Of a DNA stretch of 41,789 nt, positions 36,176 through 41,789 are shown piece after piece. The DNA is from Pseudobacteriovorax sp. (GTDB lineage Bacteria > Bdellovibrionota_B > Oligoflexia > Oligoflexales > Oligoflexaceae). The position numbers were made by a program, and so were the translations under genes. The number at the start of each line of letters is the position of its first letter. Position 1 is the first letter of the stretch. The notes under the pieces were generated by a model that saw nothing but the letters and a program-made list of their open reading frames with translations, searched no databases and was not told where the DNA came from. The DNA is taken from assembly GCA_050293845.1 (NCBI GenBank), contig JBNKNM010000026.1:1-41789 (forward strand). Reading direction: 5' to 3'.

Positions 36176-36639
36176 GTAACATTTTCCTTACGAATGAGTA
36201 ATGGTAACCGTCACACGGATAGGCTGCTTTTATTTGCGAGTAAATATGAAGATTCTTGCAATTTCAGGGTTATAACAGTTAATGACTATTTTGCAAATCT
36301 GCTTGAATATGAGTGGGATGGTAACGAAAATGTTCTAAATTTTTGGTTGGCGAGCTATCTGAAAAGTTAGTCTCCTTGACCATAGCTTGATAAGCCTTTG
36401 GCGGAGGTTATAGACCAAGTCCAGTTTGGGAAACTGCCCTCGCCATATAGGAAGTGGCAAGGCATAGTGCGTAAGCATATAACAAATATCCATAGTGACA
36501 GCTTCACCTGAATTCCCCAATAAGCTTCTTTCTAAAATCGAAAATATCTTTTATAAATTCTTATGAGCTACACCTAAAAATAGTCTAAACTTTATAGGAG
36601 AACAAGGCATGAAGCACGATTTCTTAGTTAAGAGGTTAT

Positions 36640-37602
36640 ATGCGACAATACACCCCCTATCCCGAAATTTCTGGTGCCATTCAAAAAAACCGCATCTATC
36701 TCTCAGCCTGTCGCGAGAATATCTTATTAAAATTTGACGATTCCCTACGCAAAAAAACCGTAGACTCCCTGGCCCAATTCCAGACGAATCCTTCCCACCC
36801 CCTTTCTCAATGGTTCATGGGTAAAATAATACATCTTTCTACAGGTTTTGCCAGCCGCAGTTTTTACAGTAAAGCCAAACCGCAGGACCTTATTTCTGAC
36901 TCTTGGAGCTTTAAGGGATCAGCTTGGAACCATTATGGTAGGCAGTGGGGGCTGCTTTTTGACCCGATTCCTTTCTATACTTGGTTTCGTTACGAACTAA
37001 ATAGCCACACTTTCCCCGAGACGGACCTGGCAACATTGCTGCTAAGGGACCCCAAGGAATTTATGCAAATGGCCAAGTTCGTATTCGCACAATCCAAATA
37101 CCTAGCCAAGCAGGTGGAGCGAATCCTGGATCAGGAGATACTTTCCCCAGCACTGGAGTATCAACTTGTGGAAATGCAAGCCTATTATCTTACTGTAGCG
37201 GATAGTGTAGCGGCCTTGGAATTGGGAAAGTACTGGGAACAACTGATCCTACCGCAAACCATAGAACTAGGAGACCTACTCCGGAAAAATATCCAATCCA
37301 AAAATTTGCTGGCTTACTTCCTTGTGGGGATTGTTGAGCGCCTCATTTATCTCGATGATCATCCTATCAAGGTACTGCTCAAAAAAATGCTTTCGATACA
37401 ATTATTTCAAAAAGATTATCTGGTTGTTGATCTGTCTTCCGAAAATGCTCCGCTCTCAATCTATTCCGAAGTAGAGGCTATGGGACTCATCAGTTTGACA
37501 GCGGGATCTAAATTAATCAATAGCTGCCATAAGTACCTCGATGTCTTTTATCATAATCAATCGATGTTTTTAGCAAAATTAGAGTCAGTGGCGGGACTGT
37601 AG
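36640..37602 (+). CDS. Hypothetical protein (320 aa, mostly helical)
   Basis: Long ORF with GAGG upstream; no family recognised; its 3' end overlaps the convergent TonB receptor gene by 18 nt. Confidence 0.65.
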   Translation: MRQYTPYPEISGAIQKNRIYLSACRENILLKFDDSLRKKTVDSLAQFQTNPSHPLSQWFMGKIIHLSTGFASRSFYSKAKPQDLISDSWSFKGSAWNHYGRQWGLLFDPIPFYTWFRYELNSHTFPETDLATLLLRDPKEFMQMAKFVFAQSKYLAKQVERILDQEILSPALEYQLVEMQAYYLTVADSVAALELGKYWEQLILPQTIELGDLLRKNIQSKNLLAYFLVGIVERLIYLDDHPIKVLLKKMLSIQLFQKDYLVVDLSSENAPLSIYSEVEAMGLISLTAGSKLINSCHKYLDVFYHNQSMFLAKLESVAGL

Positions 37603-39519
37603 GGCAAACTTAAAGTGCCGCCCTGGTAAGGCAGTGCCATCTACCTTTGAATAGGGTATGGCGCCAGAGCCAAAACCTGTAGTGTAAGTCATACGATTGT
37701 AGTCAAAAACATTAAACACGCCGAAACTCAGCTCGAGATGCCAGCCTCCCCTATTCAATCGATAGCTAGCTCCCAGGTCGGTGATCCAGTGTTCCGGGAG
37801 TTTTTGGCGGTTAATATCGTCACGATAAGTCACCCCCTCCAGCCTGCTCGACAGGTAGGCGGACACAGATTCCTGGGAAAAGCCTAACTGGGTCACAAAA
37901 GATTTCAGAGGTAATCGCGGTAAAACATACTTGCCAAAACTGTTTCTATGATAAGCCTGCATCCGGGTTCCAGCGAGCAAAAACGATAAATAGTCAAAGT
38001 TCCATTCCACGGAAGCTTCCCAACCTTGCATTGCGGCTTCGCTAAGATTGATAGCCTTTTCTTGGCCCAGGGAAATGGGAATAAATACAATTTTATGATC
38101 AATTTGGTCGTTAAAATAACCAAGACGAGCGCGCCATAGACTTGTCAAGCTTATGAAACTGATTTCCCTATGAAGGATTGATTCGGGATTAATATTCTGG
38201 TTTGCCACAGTTCCCGCACCATCACCAAATTCAGCTAACAAGTAGGGGGGGGATTGGTTACGTGAAAGCTGCAGATTATAATTCAGTCGATTGCCTCGCA
38301 GCAGAGACCCAAAAAGAGTTAGACTGTGACTTGCAAAACTGTCTTCTCTTGTCTCTGGAGCCATATGAGTACTGGAAACCTTTTGCCACTCATGTTTGGT
38401 TTGCAGATGTAGCCAGTTTGCAAACTTATAAACTTCACCCAGGTAGAGTCTATCAATGGTGCGTGACGATTTTAATGTATAGGAGTCATCACCAAATGAG
38501 TCTACAACGAGATGGCTGCGCTTCGCTCGCCATAGCAGCTCATAGGGGATAGAAAATTTTGGTTGTATTTGAAACCCTACTTCTTCAGCGGTATTAAGAC
38601 GTGAAAAGCTAGTATAAGTTCCTAACACTTCTCTTTTGGGGTCCTGAGTTTGTTGCTGATCCTGACGCCAGCCTGCGGTTAGGGTGAAGTTTAGGTAGGG
38701 ACTGCCAAAATATGAATAATCTGCTAGCACTAGTTGAGCTATACTCTCAGCCCTTACAGCTCCTGGAAAATAGGAGTTAGCAGGAGCGATGCCATAATTT
38801 TTTTTATAATACCGGCTTAAAACGGTAGTCTGATGACTACCAGTACTCCAAGACGAAAAGTTCATGGCCTGCATGGATCTCTGATCGTTATTTGTCTGTT
38901 GCAGTAATCTATCGTCAGAACTTAATAAGGGGGTCGCATTGTTATTAAAAATTTTATAGCTTCCAGACCCCTGGTGTGAACGAGCATAGCTACGGCTAGC
39001 AAACTGATCATTCCCATAATCCCATAGTAGCCACAGTGAGTTTCCATAAACATCACCAGATTCATATCCCCATTGCCTTTGCGAAATACCAACGTCTTTC
39101 ATTTGATACACCAAAGTAGCAATGGGGCTCAAACTAGAATTATCGATCGCACCCTGGCCTAGTTGGAGACTTAATTTTCCAAAAAATCGCAAGTCAATCT
39201 CATCAGCCAGAGAAAAGCCTGTTAACGGATCCTGCAACAGCCAGTGGCTTAAAAAAATTTCGGTGTATTTTGCACTGCGACCCCGGGCACTGGGAATACC
39301 AAATCCCGTAGCTGAAGGTAACGCGCCCTGGATAAGACGCAGGCTTGGGTTTCTATGAATCCAGAAAGAAAGCGACTGTTCCCATATCTCCTTGGCTTCT
39401 ATCACTTCAATATAGCTGCTATCAGACGGATTAAGCCGCTGTTCTTTAACTTCAATGACTTCAGTCTCCCCTTGAGCAAGAGTACTGAAGGCCATCATCA
39501 TGATTACAAGTGTTTTCAT
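37585..39519 (-). CDS. TonB-dependent outer-membrane receptor (possibly BtuB-like)
   Basis: Signal peptide, TonB box-like EVIEV, plug-like SARGRSAKYTEIFL, NQNINPES, FNVFDY and C-terminal LPGRHF motifs. Confidence 0.8.
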   Translation of the reverse strand: MKTLVIMMMAFSTLAQGETEVIEVKEQRLNPSDSSYIEVIEAKEIWEQSLSFWIHRNPSLRLIQGALPSATGFGIPSARGRSAKYTEIFLSHWLLQDPLTGFSLADEIDLRFFGKLSLQLGQGAIDNSSLSPIATLVYQMKDVGISQRQWGYESGDVYGNSLWLLWDYGNDQFASRSYARSHQGSGSYKIFNNNATPLLSSDDRLLQQTNNDQRSMQAMNFSSWSTGSHQTTVLSRYYKKNYGIAPANSYFPGAVRAESIAQLVLADYSYFGSPYLNFTLTAGWRQDQQQTQDPKREVLGTYTSFSRLNTAEEVGFQIQPKFSIPYELLWRAKRSHLVVDSFGDDSYTLKSSRTIDRLYLGEVYKFANWLHLQTKHEWQKVSSTHMAPETREDSFASHSLTLFGSLLRGNRLNYNLQLSRNQSPPYLLAEFGDGAGTVANQNINPESILHREISFISLTSLWRARLGYFNDQIDHKIVFIPISLGQEKAINLSEAAMQGWEASVEWNFDYLSFLLAGTRMQAYHRNSFGKYVLPRLPLKSFVTQLGFSQESVSAYLSSRLEGVTYRDDINRQKLPEHWITDLGASYRLNRGGWHLELSFGVFNVFDYNRMTYTTGFGSGAIPYSKVDGTALPGRHFKFALQSRH

Positions 39520-40749
39520 TTATTGGGCTTGCATGATCCCTTTACCAATAGGGATCAGGGGCAATACGTGTTTTTTCTTTGCTTCAAACGTACTATGATC
39601 TAAACGTACTAGAATGCCTTCACCGCTAGTCAGATTCTCTGTAACCCATAGCTCCTGGAGATCAGGAATATGATACAGTCCAAAATATCCCGCTGCATTT
39701 TCCTGGAAGGTATAGATAGATGTAACCTCACCGGATTCATAATTCAGCTGGTAAATGTCATTTGTAGTAGTTTTAGCTGCAAAAAAAATGCTGGAGCCGA
39801 CCCCATCGACCGTCGGACCATTCATCCGTAGATCCTTATCATCTAGATCAACTAAAGTATGAGATGAAAAGGTTTCCAATTCAATTTCTTCTAGCCTAGC
39901 ATGGCATTGATCCCTATTAATTGTAATCTCCGAACAGATGCTGAGAGCAAGAAGTTTACCGTCACCATTGACCACTAGTTCTGGAGTACTGCCTTCCAAA
40001 GCGATCCCTTGGATACCTTCCTTGCTAGGATTGGTATCTACAGGTGATACCCCTTCATCCTCAATGGCAAAGACAAATACTTCCCCATGACCAGCGAGCT
40101 CCAACCCTCCATTAGCAAATTGATACGCTTGATGGGAAACCAGTAACAATTTCCGATCCCCTAATTGGGAATGGATAATGTTGGTAGGCTTTAACACCGG
40201 CCCTTGAAACATGAAATTTCCCGATATTTTCTCCAGACTTTTATCTACCGTATCATACAAAGCAAAGAACCCATTGCTATGCATCGTCATGAACATGTAT
40301 CTGGCATCAATACTTACAGCTTCTTTGGGATCATAAGCGACGAGGCCAGCAATTTTTTGTTGATCTAATATTAAACCCTCCCCGAGATCAATGGTCCTGA
40401 GGTTAATATTGTTAGCCCCTCTATTAAAAAGCATTAAGTTCTGATCATGGGAAGCTAGCAAGGCATCTCCAGCCTCACCATCAAGAATCAGTGAAAAACT
40501 GTCCTGCTCCACATCGAACACATAAACTCCTGAGCTGGAAAAGCTTTTATCCACCGCATTGAGGTAAACATAACGGGTATGCGAACGATTTTGGTCCGAT
40601 AAAAATACCCCAGAAGAACTTAAGATGCAGTCCTTGCAGCCAATATTTTTCAGATCAAATTCCTTAATATTTTTGTTATTTAAAGAATCGCTATTATTGC
40701 ATTGAGACAAGAACAAAGACATACCGATCACAGCCATAACGCGTATCAT
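39520..40749 (-). CDS. Lipoprotein, probable beta-propeller (BtuG/YncE-like position)
   Basis: Start reassigned to ATG 40749 (GAGGT RBS; MIRVMAVIGMSLFLSQC lipobox); repeated short beta-strand blades; stop directly abuts the receptor ATG (TAAATG). Confidence 0.65.
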   Translation of the reverse strand: MIRVMAVIGMSLFLSQCNNSDSLNNKNIKEFDLKNIGCKDCILSSSGVFLSDQNRSHTRYVYLNAVDKSFSSSGVYVFDVEQDSFSLILDGEAGDALLASHDQNLMLFNRGANNINLRTIDLGEGLILDQQKIAGLVAYDPKEAVSIDARYMFMTMHSNGFFALYDTVDKSLEKISGNFMFQGPVLKPTNIIHSQLGDRKLLLVSHQAYQFANGGLELAGHGEVFVFAIEDEGVSPVDTNPSKEGIQGIALEGSTPELVVNGDGKLLALSICSEITINRDQCHARLEEIELETFSSHTLVDLDDKDLRMNGPTVDGVGSSIFFAAKTTTNDIYQLNYESGEVTSIYTFQENAAGYFGLYHIPDLQELWVTENLTSGEGILVRLDHSTFEAKKKHVLPLIPIGKGIMQAQ

Positions 40750-40764
40750 AATTAAAACCTCAAA

Positions 40765-40930
40765 GTCTAAGGGAGAAGGTCTGATAAGAAGGCTTGGCAC
40801 CTTTAAAGGGCCTTCCGAGAACCATGCTCTGCGAATCATAAATGTAAACCAATCTGGGGTCTTCCACGATCAGTTTCGCCGCCAAACTATCATGATTCCC
40901 CCTAAGCCTCAAGAGAAAGAGCAAGCACGT
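40765..40930 (-). promoter_or_regulatory. Structured 5' leader with partial resemblance to a cobalamin riboswitch
   Basis: In order on the minus strand: GTGC..GCTTAGGGGGAA, hairpin TCATGAT-AGTTT/AAACT-G-ATCGTGG, CCCC, GGAAGGC, AAGCC..AGACCT. The canonical T-loop (GGTGNAANTCC) and ACTG elements are missing. Confidence 0.3.
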
Positions 40931-41047
40931 GTAAACGTCATTTCCATAAGCAAACGACTAGGGTAGAACCACCCTCAATAACCTAATTACAGTATGTTAT
41001 ATTGGTATGATATTTGCATTTTCAGTCTTAACAAAAGAAGACGCGTT

Positions 41048-41789
41048 ATGCTAATGATTATCGTGAACAACCTAATAATCTTGCTTTTGATGTCATGCTC
41101 TTCCTTTTCGGAAACAGACATCCTTGAAGGGCTATTCGTAAAGACTAAACACATCAGAACCTTTCTCGATGGCCCTCCCCAGCAACCCTATAAATTACTA
41201 TGTGAAATCAACATGATCCAACCCGCCTTTGGTAATCATGACTACAAGCCGAAAGATGTGAAACGGGATCTTCAGGTCCAAGCCGCGAAATGTGGTGCAC
41301 AAGCAGTATATCTCGAATCTTTTCAGCAATTTGATAATCGCTTAGAGATCAAAGGTTGGGCCATCACCTTTCCTGTGAAAAAATCACATCTTTCCGAGCC
41401 AAAGATAAAAAATAAGTTTTTAAAGGCTGTCCGTCGTAACAATTTTGATCAGGTTACAGCACTATTAAAGCCGGTTTCCCAGCAAATGAAGCTGCGTTCT
41501 CAGGAGGATCAGAGGATACTCGAAGAAGCTTTGGTGGCCACAGCTACCATGGGCACATCTTGCTCAAAACGTCTGGTGGGCTTGTTGCAGGACAAGTATC
41601 ATATTGTGATAAACAAACATAAAAGTTTTAAGAATAACTTTTTCTTTTGTGAAAAAGTTGCACTAAAAAGCTTTGATGCTTTTTCTGAGCATAGCAAAAT
41701 AGTAGTTCTGGATCAAGCCTTCAGGCAGTTAATTTTGATTCATAAAAACTACAGCGGTAAAAATGATAATAAAAAACTCGATGATTTAC
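41048..41789 (+). CDS. Lipoprotein, truncated by the window end; YbjQ/dodecin-like N-terminal domain followed by an ankyrin-like segment
   Basis: Manually translated, open to the end of the window: MLMIIVNNLIILLLMSC lipobox, PYKLLCEI...LQVQAAKCGAQAV, FLKAVRRNNFDQVTALL. Confidence 0.65.
   Translation, partial: MLMIIVNNLIILLLMSCSSFSETDILEGLFVKTKHIRTFLDGPPQQPYKLLCEINMIQPAFGNHDYKPKDVKRDLQVQAAKCGAQAVYLESFQQFDNRLEIKGWAITFPVKKSHLSEPKIKNKFLKAVRRNNFDQVTALLKPVSQQMKLRSQEDQRILEEALVATATMGTSCSKRLVGLLQDKYHIVINKHKSFKNNFFFCEKVALKSFDAFSEHSKIVVLDQAFRQLILIHKNYSGKNDNKKLDDL

Noticed and set aside
36335..36520. 61-aa intergenic minus-strand ORF
   Set aside because: TTG start, no clear RBS and no recognisable features.
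17352..39603. Numerous 60-160 aa antisense or nested ORFs in the track (e.g. 17352, 20196, 25376, 26549, 33364, 38202)
   Set aside because: They lie opposite or inside strongly supported genes and lack motifs; treated as shadow ORFs.
40750..40839. N-terminal 30 codons of the 439-aa ORF
   Set aside because: The lipoprotein signal and RBS point to ATG 40749; the upstream part is more plausibly leader RNA.
41060..41070. ATCGTGAACAA, reverse complement of 11 bases of the element's flanking 14-mer
   Set aside because: A single 11-bp match inside a host coding sequence is plausible by chance given the number of motifs examined.

Overview
Bases 1 to ~10,130 are the right end of an integrated phage-like element (prophage or satellite; its left end lies outside the window) inserted at the 3' end of a tRNA-Ala(GGC) gene. 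A leftward replication/recombination operon encodes a degenerate amidase, an XRE-type HTH protein, a Bet/RecT annealase, a DEAH helicase, a small ORF and a Prim-Pol/PriCT-2/DUF3987 primase. A rightward operon encodes an outer-membrane beta-barrel, a Gp157-like protein, two excisionase-like HTH proteins and a tyrosine integrase. The divergence point carries no CI/Cro pair but has a 10-bp-phased TCACGA repeat array. A second TCAC/GTGA-rich inverted-repeat region around an AT-rich core lies downstream of the primase, which suggests a P4-like two-part replicon (inference). The remaining ~31.6 kb is host chromosome: cls, a CocE/NonD hydrolase, a PilZ protein, a histidine phosphatase, Ktr/Trk K+ uptake, trxA, an Opp/Dpp-type ABC transporter, an M48 peptidase with lexA, two membrane-bound HPt/CheA-like kinases, a beta-prism lipoprotein, an orphan Wzx-like flippase, and a TonB receptor plus lipoprotein behind a possible divergent cobalamin-riboswitch-like leader. 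Gene content suggests Oligoflexia/Bdellovibrionota (inference only). All family calls come from motif recognition by eye; no database search was run.
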